This document shows, piece after piece, positions 32,323-43,129 of a stretch of DNA of 64,000 bases. Position numbers and translations under genes: made by a program. Each line of letters opens with the position of its first letter. Positions within the stretch are counted from its first letter, which is position 1. The stretch lies in NCBI GenBank assembly GCA_965213685.1, contig CBDBZY010000064.1, positions 448,001 through 512,000 of the forward strand, written 5' to 3'. The notes under the pieces were generated by a model. That model worked only from the letters and a program-made list of their open reading frames with translations, had not been told where the DNA came from and searched no databases. Source of the DNA: a bacterium (GTDB taxonomy: Bacteria; UBA8248).

Positions 32323-32579
32323 ACCAAGACGTCGGCCACAGGTCTCTTTACTGACCTTTTATCACCACTTTGGCAGCAACATCGTTACGCAAAGTGCTCT
32401 AAGATACTCACTGCTCAGCCTCGCCACGCCTGTTTATTAGCTTCGTCCCCAGGCCCCGCCCCCCCAAATCCTTAGCGCTCTGTCGTACATTCCTGGCGGC
32501 GGATGGCGTCGCGCGTGTGTTGCCAAGAGGCGAGTCCTGGGCAGTGAAAGACCAGCCACAGATTTTACATCTGCACTAC

Positions 32580-32690
32580 TTGTTGTTGTTGTTGTTGTTG
32601 TTGTTGCACTACTTGTTGTAGTAGTTGTTGTTGTTGTTGTTGTTGTTGTTGTTCTTCTTCTTCTTCTTCTTCTTCTTCTTCTTCTTCTTT
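32580..32690. repeat. (TTG)n/(TTC)n compound microsatellite
   Basis: Direct reading. Confidence 0.9.
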
Positions 32691-32959
32691 TTCTTACTTC
32701 TCAGCAAGTGGCCTCAACAAAACGGGCGAAATAGATGGTATCCGGACCACAGGAACTCCGCTCACCATAGCTCGCTGGAGAGAGGTGACCCCTGTATTGT
32801 ACAAAGCTGCACGTAGCATTGCGTGCACCGTGTTTTTCTAACCAGCCGTGATTTCGGAAAACACACGGAAATTAATTACGGCTGGCTTGCATGAATAAAT
32901 CGAAAACTGGGCCTAGACGTTAACAATCACCCAATGCGCATGCATGATTGCACTGGGTA

Positions 32960-33145
32960 TAGTATATTTCTTCGGTACAGTGGAACGAAATAGGTTACCC
33001 GTTGAAGAGGGTGTCAAGTCTCTTTGGAGCAGTAAACTTAGGTCTACATGCGCCATTGCGAGCGTTATAATCTACATGCGCCATTGCGAGCGTTATAATC
33101 TCTGCCTTTCTTCATGTGGAGTCTCTCTCTCCCCCCTGTTCAGTG
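32960..33145 (+). pseudogene. Decayed 5' fragment of an ELOVL6-like paralog
   Basis: tacatgcgccattgcgagcgttataatctc (duplicated in tandem)...ttcatgtggagtctctctctccccctgttcagt matches ~39327-39401; also resembles the start region 39170-39215. Confidence 0.7.
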
Positions 33146-33371
33146 TGTACATGTACTGCTTGAAGAAAATAGTTCAAAGCAGCCATTAACAAACTGTTGA
33201 GCGTGCTTCTAATTAATAATAATAGTGAAGTCCGTACGAGTGAAAATCCTACGCTCGTGCTGTCTGGACAACCTGTGGCCCGTTTGGAGCGCTCTGGTGA
33301 AGCTACAAAATAGTCAGCTACAAAACAGTCAGCAGATATATGCCCACACCAATTGTGCAAATGTCAAGGAG

Positions 33372-34690
33372 ATGCCGCCTAAGAGGACGCAGTCTCGTGT
33401 GCAGAAGACGCCTGCAGGACAGGTGCCTGTTCAGACGCGAGCAAAGACAGAACACTGTGCTTTGTGCTGTCAGAAGATTGTGCACAACAAGGAGGATGTC
33501 TTGTTTTGTACTGCCAAGTGCAACGGTCCGATTCACCGTTACTGTGCTGGTGTCTCTGTTCTTCAGTTCGAAGAAATGAAAGCGACTTCTGCGACGGCCA
33601 CTGCACCTACCCCTGGTTCCAAGCGAGTACCATTTTTGTGCCTCGTATGCACACAGCACGCTCACAAAGAAGAGGTCCATGAGCTTAAGAGCATAATCGC
33701 TGCCATGAAATTTAAGATGCATGACTTGCAAGATACTGTGCAAAAGCTGTCAGTTTCCGTTGCTTCTTGTTGCAATGCTGGTCTCCCTTCATCGTTTGCT
33801 GCTGCTACGGCATCAAACCGTGGGCATGCTAAGCATAGGAAACATGCAGACAAGTTCAATAGAGGTGGGAATGGTGGAGTTGGGTCAGGTGGTGTGGTTG
33901 GGAGAGGTGAATTTGAAATGCAGGGTGACAGCTGTGATGGTGTGACTGGTGTGACCAGTGTGACTGGTATGGTAAGGAGTGGTGGTTGTGGGGCTGGTGC
34001 AGATGGCCGTGGAGGTGGGCGTGGTAGTGCTGGTGCTGGTGCTGGTAGTGGGCGTGGGTCTGGGGGTAGTGGTGGTGGGAGGAGTGGTGGAGAGGTTAGG
34101 AGGAGGTTGCACAGATTTGAAAGAGGTGTGCCAGTAGAGAATGCAAGAAAGATTTGGGGGACCCTGAAAACTACTACCTGTTCAGTTATCACCTCTGTCA
34201 TCAGAAAGTTTACATCCAAGTCACTTGCAGATAGCCTCATGGTGAAGAGGAAGTACAAGACCAGTCAGGATGGTTCACTAAAGAGATGGTGGTATGTGGT
34301 GTGTGGTGAGAAACCGGATGTGGAGAGGCTTGTGGTGAGAAACCGGATGTGGAGAGGCTTGAACGAAAATGGGAAGCCATTGCTATACACACTGGATGGA
34401 AACTGCAGGCCGTATTTCGTTTCGATGGTTGTGATGCAGCTACTCCCCTCTCCTCTGATGTTCCTGCTACACCCACTTCTGATAAACAGGTATCAGATAC
34501 ACAGCCTGCTGTTCAACACATTAGCTCTCACAATGGTGATGTATTTGAGCCTGTCCACTCATTGTCAGCCAATGATAAAGGCAGTGGTGGTGAAACCATC
34601 GTTGTCACTAACACTTCTAGCCCAACCAGTTCTTTTTTAGAGTCCCATCCAGAGTCTCCTCTACTGGAGATCAAATCCCCTCAGTGCTAA
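33372..34690 (+). pseudogene. LINE ORF1 (PHD finger, coiled coil, Gly-rich), frameshifted by a 29-bp tandem duplication
   Basis: CALC..C..CNGPIHRYC..FLCLVC; duplication at 34302-34361; native C-terminus continues ERKWEAIAIHTGWKLQ..SFLESHPESPLLEIKSPQC*. Confidence 0.8.
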
Positions 34691-37536
34691 ATTGTCCAAG
34701 GCATGCCGTGGAGGGTGTACGCTCTCATTTCAGTAATGAAAAGCAACTACAAGTATTGTACTTTAATGCAAGAAGTTTAACCCCAAAGTTGGATGAATTG
34801 CGTGTTCTCTGTGACTTAAGAAAACCAGACATTGTGTGCATTACTGAAAGTTGGCTATGTGAAGACATTGGTCCATCAGAATGCTCCATACATGGATACC
34901 ATTGTGTAAGATGTGATAGGCACAGACATGGAGGTGGTGTAGCATTGTTCATATCTGATCTGTTAGAGTCTCATGTAATTCTGTGTGGTCCTAACAAGCT
35001 AGAGCTGCTACTTGTCTCAGTTCACAATACACACCATCCCAACCACAAGTTATACATTGGTGTGTGGTATAGGCCACCAGACAACTCGGATGCTTTAGAT
35101 TCTTTATATTCTGTTCTGGAGACCCTTGACATTTCTATTTTTTCAAGATTTTTGTTGGTTGGGGACTTCAATGTTGATTTTTCAAACAAGCAGCATCCTC
35201 TCTTTTATAAGCTCCTCACTATATTGGATAGTTTTTTACTGGCGCAGGTGGTACCTGGTCCAACACACATCAGTTCCTCTGGAAATCAAACACTTATAGA
35301 CCTAGCCCTACTTTCAAATCCAGCTCTGCTGGTATCGTGTTCCATTACAGCACCTTTTAGTAACTCGGACCATGATGGAATAAGTATTTATCTCTTATGG
35401 AATAACATAGCATCCCCAAGCATTAAGACAAGAACAATATGGAGATATGAGTATGCGGATTTTGAGAGGGCCAATGTACTGATAAACACTGTTGATTGGT
35501 CACTCTTTTACACTGAGGCTGACATTGACAAGGCCTGGGAGTTGTGGTTGAGAACATTCTTGTCCATAATGAATGAATGCATTCCAAAGAAAACTATCAC
35601 CCAGAAGTGCACCCTTCCATGGATGAACAAGTTCATTCAGACTAAAATTAAAAAGAGAAACTCAGCATACAAAAGGGCAAAACAAACTAGAGTCTTTGAT
35701 GGTTACAAGAAACTTAGGAATGAGGTAGTGAATCTGTTGCGCATTTCGAAGAGAGACTATTTGAGGAAGTCATGTTTGGGAGGAAGTAAAAAGTTTTGGA
35801 AAGTTGTAAAGCATATCAAGAATTCATCCAACCATGCTATTCCAGCTTTAAGAGTGAAATCTACTGTTGCATCATCTAATGTTGAGAAAGCTACTCTATT
35901 GAATCTAACACTTGCAACTAACTTCAATCATAGTGTTCATCCATTGTCTCCTTCTAATATCCACATTTTCCAGGCAAATCCTTCATCACCAATATCCAAT
36001 GAAGTCCTTTGTGTAGAGGATGACATTTTTTGTTTATTAAACACTATTGATGTCACAAAAGCTTCTGGACCTGATGGAATATCTGGATACATGCTGAAGG
36101 GTACAGCGGAAGCTATCACACCAACAGTAACGCATCTGTTTAACCTGTCATTAAAATCTGGTAAGGTACCTGAGGCATGGAAAACATCATCTGTGGTTCC
36201 AATACCTAAGGCTCACAGACCATCTGATAATCCTATCAACTACAGACCAATTTCTTTGCTGTCTACAGTGAGCAAGCTTCTAGAAAAGCATGTTTATAAG
36301 CTGCTGTGGCAACATCTTAATGCAAATGGACTTGTATCTGATTCTCAATGGGGATTCTGCCCAAGTAGATCAACAGTTACAGCCTTACTGTCCACCTTTC
36401 ATGCAATATTTCAATTGTTGGAAAAGGGATCAGACGTGTGTCTAATATTCTTTGACTTGCGTAAAGCATTTGACAGTGTGCCACATGCTCCTCTACTTCA
36501 GCATCTAAAGGATATTGGGCTTAACTCACACATCCTCCAATGGATCTCCTCATATCTGTGTTGTAGAAAACAGTATGTTGTTGTTGAGGGAACATCATCC
36601 AGCACTACTTCTGTTCCATCTGGGGTCCCACAGGGATCTGTCCTGGGTCCCTTGCTCTTTCTGACATACATAAATTGTGTAGCTGATCTTGGCTTCTCTG
36701 ATGGAACATTGATCTCAATGTATGCTGATGACATACTTTTGTGGAAGCCCATCAAGTGCTCCAATGATTATGTCTACCTACAGACAGATATTAATAACAT
36801 TTCCAACTGTATTAAAAGCTTATATCTGTCACTGAACTCTTCTAAATGTAAGTACATCATTGCATCACGAAAGAGACAGCCTACACTACCATCTTCAGGG
36901 CTACATCTGAATGGTGAAGCTCTGGAACATGTTAGGAGTTATCAGTACCTGGGCATACTTGTCACTGAAACTCTTACTTGGTCTGAGCACATACAGCAAG
37001 TGTGCTCAAAGGCAAGAAAGCTAATTGGAATGATGTACAGGCAATTCTACTTCTGGACAAGCACATCTGTTCTTCGATCCATATACATAACATGTATTCG
37101 CCCTCACTTGGAGTATGCTGCTCAGCTGTGGGACCCGCATGTCAAGAGAAACATTCAAATGTTAGAGTCAGTGCAAAAGTTTGCATGTAAAGTGTGCTTG
37201 AAATGCTGGGACATGGACTATGATAACATGCTGCACTGTCTTGATTTACCTCTTCTTCGTGTCAGGCGTCAACATCTTAAGCTCATCACTATGTTCAACA
37301 TTATTAATGGAAACATAGTTTTTCCAGCAGGTATCTTCAATCTACACCAGCATTTGTCACAGAGAAACAATTCATCTGTATTTCACAGACTCCATTCTCA
37401 CACCAACTACTTCTATTTTTCATATGTACCTAGCGTTATTACTGTTTGGAATACTTTACCAGTAGACATAAGATCATCATCATCTGTTTCTGTTTTTAAG
37501 CATAACTTACCGCACTGGGCTCATGTCTTGTATTAG
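34633..37536 (+). CDS. LINE ORF2: APE endonuclease plus reverse transcriptase
   Basis: YFNARS, ITESW, GDFN, SDH, NYRPISLL, FFDLRKAFD, GVPQGSVLGP, YADD; open for over 950 codons; no ATG before 35569. Confidence 0.93.
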   Translation, partial: FFRVPSRVSSTGDQIPSVLNCPRHAVEGVRSHFSNEKQLQVLYFNARSLTPKLDELRVLCDLRKPDIVCITESWLCEDIGPSECSIHGYHCVRCDRHRHGGGVALFISDLLESHVILCGPNKLELLLVSVHNTHHPNHKLYIGVWYRPPDNSDALDSLYSVLETLDISIFSRFLLVGDFNVDFSNKQHPLFYKLLTILDSFLLAQVVPGPTHISSSGNQTLIDLALLSNPALLVSCSITAPFSNSDHDGISIYLLWNNIASPSIKTRTIWRYEYADFERANVLINTVDWSLFYTEADIDKAWELWLRTFLSIMNECIPKKTITQKCTLPWMNKFIQTKIKKRNSAYKRAKQTRVFDGYKKLRNEVVNLLRISKRDYLRKSCLGGSKKFWKVVKHIKNSSNHAIPALRVKSTVASSNVEKATLLNLTLATNFNHSVHPLSPSNIHIFQANPSSPISNEVLCVEDDIFCLLNTIDVTKASGPDGISGYMLKGTAEAITPTVTHLFNLSLKSGKVPEAWKTSSVVPIPKAHRPSDNPINYRPISLLSTVSKLLEKHVYKLLWQHLNANGLVSDSQWGFCPSRSTVTALLSTFHAIFQLLEKGSDVCLIFFDLRKAFDSVPHAPLLQHLKDIGLNSHILQWISSYLCCRKQYVVVEGTSSSTTSVPSGVPQGSVLGPLLFLTYINCVADLGFSDGTLISMYADDILLWKPIKCSNDYVYLQTDINNISNCIKSLYLSLNSSKCKYIIASRKRQPTLPSSGLHLNGEALEHVRSYQYLGILVTETLTWSEHIQQVCSKARKLIGMMYRQFYFWTSTSVLRSIYITCIRPHLEYAAQLWDPHVKRNIQMLESVQKFACKVCLKCWDMDYDNMLHCLDLPLLRVRRQHLKLITMFNIINGNIVFPAGIFNLHQHLSQRNNSSVFHRLHSHTNYFYFSYVPSVITVWNTLPVDIRSSSSVSVFKHNLPHWAHVLY

Positions 37537-37994
37537 CTTACAGCTATTTACATGTTGCCTCCCATATCTTTGTACTGTACTTCTTATCTCACTTGTATAG
37601 AAAAAAAAAACAAAAAAACAAAAAAAGTGCTGGTGGACTGCTGATTTCCCTAGCCTGGCGCCTCGTATCAAGGACGCGCCGAGTGGAGGAAGCACGTGCG
37701 GGGGGCCGCGTGCGGAGAAGGAATCTGGGTACTTTGTAAACTAGTCTACTACGCAAAACATTCAGTAAATGTTTACTGACAAGCGATTTCGATGCTGCGT
37801 TAACGTTGTTGTAGGTTTTGTCTTTAGTAAAGCAAGGCTAGAACGTGCTGAGCAAAGAGAGGTAGCTAGTATCCTTGGGACGCATTCTGCTTGAAGAAAG
37901 ACGTCTCTAGCTCTCTCTGGCCTGAAATCTGACTTGGACCCAGCTTCTGCTTGTTGCAAGCAACTGCGGAAATGAAAAGTAGGAGATAGCATGC

Positions 37995-38819
37995 GAGCAG
38001 GAAGGTAAGGTAGGGGCGGGGATTCCCGAACGGGTTAGCCTATTTAAGCGCTCTTGCATCAAACGAAAGCGTCACTGCTTTTGGTGCTAAGGTGAGCAGG
38101 TCTCCTTTGCTTCTGCTCCAGCGCTTAGCGCTATCCCTTTCTACTGTGGTTCCAGAGCTAAGGCGGCTAGAATAGCAATGGGTGGGGCTTCCAAAGTTCA
38201 AAACCTTTAGTACTCTATTTCACTAAAGCTAGACTAGCGCAAACCGTAAGAATATGCTGCCATCACGAAGCACGTGTATCTAGACTGAGGCGGAGAGATT
38301 CTCGCCCACGTTCGTTAAAGTTTTAAACTGCGCACGCGTGTTGTGGAGTTTTCAAATGGCATGCAAGAAAACACCCGCTACACGCAGGAAGATTTGCAAT
38401 TTGCTCTCCGAGCAAATTGCTATCACTCTTGTAGTCAGCCATAATCACAGCTGCTTTTTGTTCGTCTTATATATTATCTATGCCCTCACGTACAACTGTG
38501 TCACTCCATCATCATCAGATGTCCATTTTACTATTCTCACATCTAAAACAGTCCTTAGCAATTCTTTGAGCCCGAGTACAGCGACAAAAAGTCCATGGTT
38601 CTCGTCCGATAGCTTTGTTGCACGCGTTCGGGATTACCAGCCGCTCTTGAACGAAGTAAAACCCTCAGCGATAGAAGGTAGCGTATGAAGCGCAAGTCTT
38701 CAGAGGTCCGTTAGTGAAAATGGCATCGTTTTAAGTGAAGTACAAGAAAAGTTGTAGCGCAAGATATCAGACCAAGTTCAAAGTTTGTTCGGGAATCTCC
38801 GCCCTTACCTTACTTGCTC
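37995..38819. mobile_element. Candidate non-autonomous TIR element (~825 bp)
   Basis: gagcaggaaggtaaggtaggggcggggattcccgaac (37995-38031) versus gttcgggaatctccgcccttaccttacttgctc (38787-38819). Confidence 0.5.
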
Positions 38820-39197
38820 AATACTCCCGAACTGAAGAGGGCTCTGTAATGCTTCGACTCTATCGCACAAACACAGAAGCGGCTAAACGGTATGCGTACA
38901 TAGACATATTATAAAACCCGCTATCTCTTCTTGTTCTCACGTGCACTCCGTATTCTTGGCCAGCGTAATTCACTCCGTTCATGACACGCATGCGCAAGCA
39001 GTGTACCAGGCCTACACTCGACATCCAATAGCGCCAAACACAATCATCGCCATCTGAACGCTGTCAAAATTCATAATGATGGCTACACCCTAGAGGTGAC
39101 CCCGGTGCCCGCTGCCGCAGTTTTTGTATACAAAGGTGGGCGCGAGGTCACGTAGCTGAGTGACTATAGCGTATCTCCTAAGTACGGTCAACCGAAA

Positions 39198-40136
39198 ATG
39201 GATTACCTGTTGAAAATCGAGGAGAGGTTCGACAAAGCAAAGGCCGTCTCGTTCATGCAGAACTACTGGCACTACTCGCTGTACATTTCTGCTTTCTACG
39301 TGGTCAGTGTGTTCTCTTTGAAGCGGTACATGCGCCATCGCGAGCGTTACAATCTCCGCTTTCCTCTCTTCATGTGGAGTCTGTCCCTGTCCCTGTTCAG
39401 TATGGTGGGGTTCGTGGTTTCCGGAGTACGACACGTTACTCACCTCTTTCACAGCGGATGGGAGAGCAGCGTGTGTGATGATGTGTTCACCACCGGCAGG
39501 CCAGGTCTCTGGGCTTTCCTCTTTTGCTTCTCCAAGCTACCAGAGCTTACTGACACCTACTTTATCATTGCACGGAAACAGAGACTTATATTCCTTCACT
39601 GGTATCACCACATCACTGTCTTCGTCTACTGTTGGTACAACTATGGTTATCAAACAAACCCAGCTCAGTGGTTTATAACTCTCAACTACTTTGTTCATTC
39701 CATTATGTACCTGTACTATGCTGTTCGTGCATCGGGCCGGTTCCGTCCGCCGATATGGGTAAACATGATCATCACAGTGTTGCAGATCCTGCAGATGGTC
39801 CTGGGGGTGTACATCAATCTATATATCTACGTTAGAATGGCCCAAGACTCCAACTGGAAATGTGACAGAACCACGTACTCGTTTCTGTACTTGTCTTCTG
39901 CCATGTACTTCAGCTACTTCGTACTCTTTGCTCACTTCTTTTGGAGTACCTATTTCAGCAAGTCACTGAAATCCGACAAAAAGCCACGGGCAGAAGGAGA
40001 GCAATATAGTGGGAGCACTCCTGAAATGGATACACGTGTTCTCTGCAATGGCCTCTCAAGTAATAGATCAGTCATCCACAGGGCAAATGGGGTGGGCCCC
40101 AAGTGTCAGGGTGGTGTGATTGGCACAAGACATTAA
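39198..40136 (+). CDS. ELOVL6: ELOVL6/3-like fatty acid elongase, intronless, 312 aa
   Basis: SKLPELTDT, RKQRLIFLHWYHH, NYFVHSIMYLYY, ITVLQILQM. Confidence 0.92.
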   Translation: MDYLLKIEERFDKAKAVSFMQNYWHYSLYISAFYVVSVFSLKRYMRHRERYNLRFPLFMWSLSLSLFSMVGFVVSGVRHVTHLFHSGWESSVCDDVFTTGRPGLWAFLFCFSKLPELTDTYFIIARKQRLIFLHWYHHITVFVYCWYNYGYQTNPAQWFITLNYFVHSIMYLYYAVRASGRFRPPIWVNMIITVLQILQMVLGVYINLYIYVRMAQDSNWKCDRTTYSFLYLSSAMYFSYFVLFAHFFWSTYFSKSLKSDKKPRAEGEQYSGSTPEMDTRVLCNGLSSNRSVIHRANGVGPKCQGGVIGTRH

Positions 40137-40148
40137 TGAAACTGTCCC

Positions 40149-40587
40149 TCCCATCCCCCAAGATGCCTCTTACTCAAAATGAACCAGGCAATTCTTTTAT
40201 ATGGCAACTAGTTACATGTACATATACAAGTGTGTGTGTGACAACTCTACTATTTTGATGACGTTATTTGAATGGTTTGTAATTGACATAGATCATACAG
40301 TAGTATCATCCCACATACCATGTGCATACCATGCACAAGGCAAGATCACCAGACTGCAGGCCTGGTCCCATCCCCCAAGATGCCTCTTACTCAAAATGAA
40401 CCAGGCAATTCTTTTATATGGCAACTAGTTACATGTACATATACAAGTGTGTGTGTGACAACTCTACTATTTTGATGACGTTATTTGGATGGTTTGTAAT
40501 TGACATAGATCATACAGTAGTATCATCCCACATACCATGTGCATACCATGCACGAGGCAAGATCACCAGACTGCAGGCCTGGTCCCA
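40149..40587. repeat. 217-bp near-identical tandem duplication just downstream of the ELOVL stop
   Basis: Units begin at 40149 and 40366. Confidence 0.9.
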
Positions 40588-41053
40588 CAAAGGCAATTAG
40601 CAATGCCTAGTTCAGGTGACACGATAACATTCCTTTTCAGGGCCAACAGGTCACCTTAGTGCACAATGCAATTCATAACTCACCCTAGCTGCTGTCATAC
40701 CACTTATCAATCATACTACATGTGGTTACATGGGCTAGTGTTCAGCTGAACCACATTACAAAATACCTGCACTTCTATATTCACATCCCCACATGAACAT
40801 GATACTAGTATAGCAAGTTAGTACAGAGGCAAAGGCTAGATATTTTGCTGCCACAAATCGGTGAATGATCAATTCATCACCTAAAATTCTCACAATGTGT
40901 ACAATGCAACAAGAAAGACAAGAAGTGAAAATAAACATCAACAGAAATGTTGTCACATTATAGATGAAATGGCATTAATCTCTCTTAAAATTAAGTGCAT
41001 AGGTATACAGTGAACAATGCCACATAATAAGTATACAGTTAGCTGTTCAAGAG

Positions 41054-41980
41054 CTATCGAATACGGGGTACACCATTGGAGATCTGCCCATTTAGCTGAA
41101 CATGTCCACTGGTCACTTCCGATTTTAGCTTTGAAGCTAGCTCCCCTTCTTTCTTTAGCTCCTTCAACTTGCTCTCACTGCCCTTCTTTGGTGGACGCTT
41201 GTGCAGGTATGCCCAGTAGAAGAAATTACCAAACAAGATGGCATAGGAGACGTAGAAGAACACTGATATGCCCACATCAAACCAAGAAGTCCTGCATGTC
41301 TTTCCATTGAGTAGTGCGTTCACCCCAACATAGTTGATCCACATTCCAACAAACATCTGTGAGAGTTGGATGGTTGTGATAGAGGTAGCAATCCAGCGTG
41401 GTGGGCTACGGCCACTGGCCTTCACTGCATAGTAACCGTACATAATCCCATGCACCATCAAGTTAACAAAGCCAAACCAGAGCCCAGTGGATATCGGATA
41501 GGCATAGCTGTACCAGCAGTAGATAAACACACTGAAGTGGTGGTACACGTGGAGGAAACTGAGTTTCTGCTTACGTAAGACAATGAAGACTGTGTCGACC
41601 AATTCTGGCAGTTTGGAAAAGGGAAAGAGGAATGACCATAGGCCCGCGCCGTTACTGCCAGTGTAGGCCCACAGATCACAAAGTGCATGATTCCACCCAC
41701 CATAGTACACCATTTGGCTTGCATGGCGTGTGCCTCTGAACACAGCAAAGAAACTGAAGGCACAAAGGAGAGTGCTCCACATGCACAGAGCACGGCGAAG
41801 GTCCATTGGCTTCCGATTCTTCATGAAGCGCTGCCCATACCAAACAAGGAAAAGGTAGAGAGCAGAGAAGTAGAAGGACCAGTGCCATCGCTTAGTCATC
41901 CATGGAATTGCTTTCTTGTCATCAAACTGGCTCTCTATACGATCAAGAAATTCAAATGGATGCAGAAGATAGTACGTCAT
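41054..41980 (-). CDS. ELOVL6: ELOVL6/3-like fatty acid elongase, intronless CDS, convergent with the previous gene
   Basis: MTYYLLHPF..SKLPELVDT..RKQKLSFLHVYHH..HGIMYGYY..IQLSQM; acceptor near 42013 and a donor near 44083 suggest a 5' UTR intron. Confidence 0.9.
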   Translation of the reverse strand: MTYYLLHPFEFLDRIESQFDDKKAIPWMTKRWHWSFYFSALYLFLVWYGQRFMKNRKPMDLRRALCMWSTLLCAFSFFAVFRGTRHASQMVYYGGWNHALCDLWAYTGSNGAGLWSFLFPFSKLPELVDTVFIVLRKQKLSFLHVYHHFSVFIYCWYSYAYPISTGLWFGFVNLMVHGIMYGYYAVKASGRSPPRWIATSITTIQLSQMFVGMWINYVGVNALLNGKTCRTSWFDVGISVFFYVSYAILFGNFFYWAYLHKRPPKKGSESKLKELKKEGELASKLKSEVTSGHVQLNGQISNGVPRIR

Positions 41981-42073
41981 ATTGGTACAGGTAGTGAGTT
42001 GTACACAGTTGCCTGCAGGAAAAGAGGGACGGAGGGAGGGAGAGAGAGAGGAAGTGAAAGGTTGCCCACCCAT

Positions 42074-42184
<111 letters not shown>

Positions 42185-42267
42185 GCTATTTTTCCTTCCA
42201 CATCTCAACATGTTCATGACAAAGTGGACCAACATTTCTTCATTCTTGTGTGGTCAAGAAAGATTCA

Positions 42268-42337
42268 TTCCCTAATATCAGGAGCTTATGAGCGGCAAAG
42301 CCGGCCTCACCACTCATAAGCTCCTGATATTAGGGAA
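42268..42337. repeat. Perfect 25-bp-arm hairpin
   Basis: ttccctaatatcaggagcttatgag...ctcataagctcctgatattagggaa. Confidence 0.8.
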
Positions 42338-43065
42338 GGGATCAGTTGGTCTGAGACTACCAGTATATGAATGTACTGAATCCAGATACAATTCATCCTA
42401 ATGTAATACACTATAATCAGGGTGTACATTGGGGACCTACGTATGTTGCTTTGGCTGAAGACATTGCAGGCTGTCTTACATACCAAGGGCCAGGTAGGTA
42501 GGACTTTACAGTCAATAGCTGTGCTCCTGTAAGCACCAGGCCTGACTCCAGGAGTTTATCCAACTCGGGCCCTAGTTCATGAATAGCATGCAGGAAGCCT
42601 GGTACCTCGACCAGGCGAACCAGCTTGCTTAAGCGGAACTAATTATCCATCTATATAAACTTAGGTGTATGTGTGTGTAGTGTGAGAGTAGGTCTTAGCT
42701 GGTAACCATAGCAGCTAGATTTCTACTAGTACTCCATTCACAAGGACGCGTGTTTCCATTTAGCATTGTCCATAATGCCTGTGTTCCGTGCAGGGAGGGA
42801 GTCTGAAGAGCCATTTTCCTAGCATTTGGTTGGCTATCCACTCTAGCAACCACTTAAGCATTTTAGCCTGTTATTTGCCATCACTTCTTTGAGCTACAGT
42901 GCACTAGACATGAAAGGCTTGTGAAATGCTGAGGCTACCAACCATAGATCCACAAGTATTACTTATTGCACACCGTATGACGCAGTATGGTTTCATGTTT
43001 TGAAAAAGAATGCTGAGTAGCATCATGGACATGGGATCACACAATTCATGATCCATATCAATGGT

Positions 43066-43129
43066 TAACCTTGTTCCCAGGCAAAGGTCATACACGTGCG
43101 CTAGGGGGGAGAGCCTTGGAACAAGGCTA
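43066..43129. mobile_element. Mini hairpin element with 9-bp TSD
   Basis: taaccttgttcccaggc...gccttggaacaaggcta flanked by atcaatggt / atcagtggt. Confidence 0.7.

Larger units (their letters stand above)
33200..37626 (+). mobile_element. Near full-length CR1/L2-type LINE with PHD-finger ORF1, intact ORF2 and A-rich tail
   Basis: Two ORFs, 3' stem-loop at 37534-37546, A-rich tail ~37600-37626; 5' boundary approximate and no TSD identified. Confidence 0.92.
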
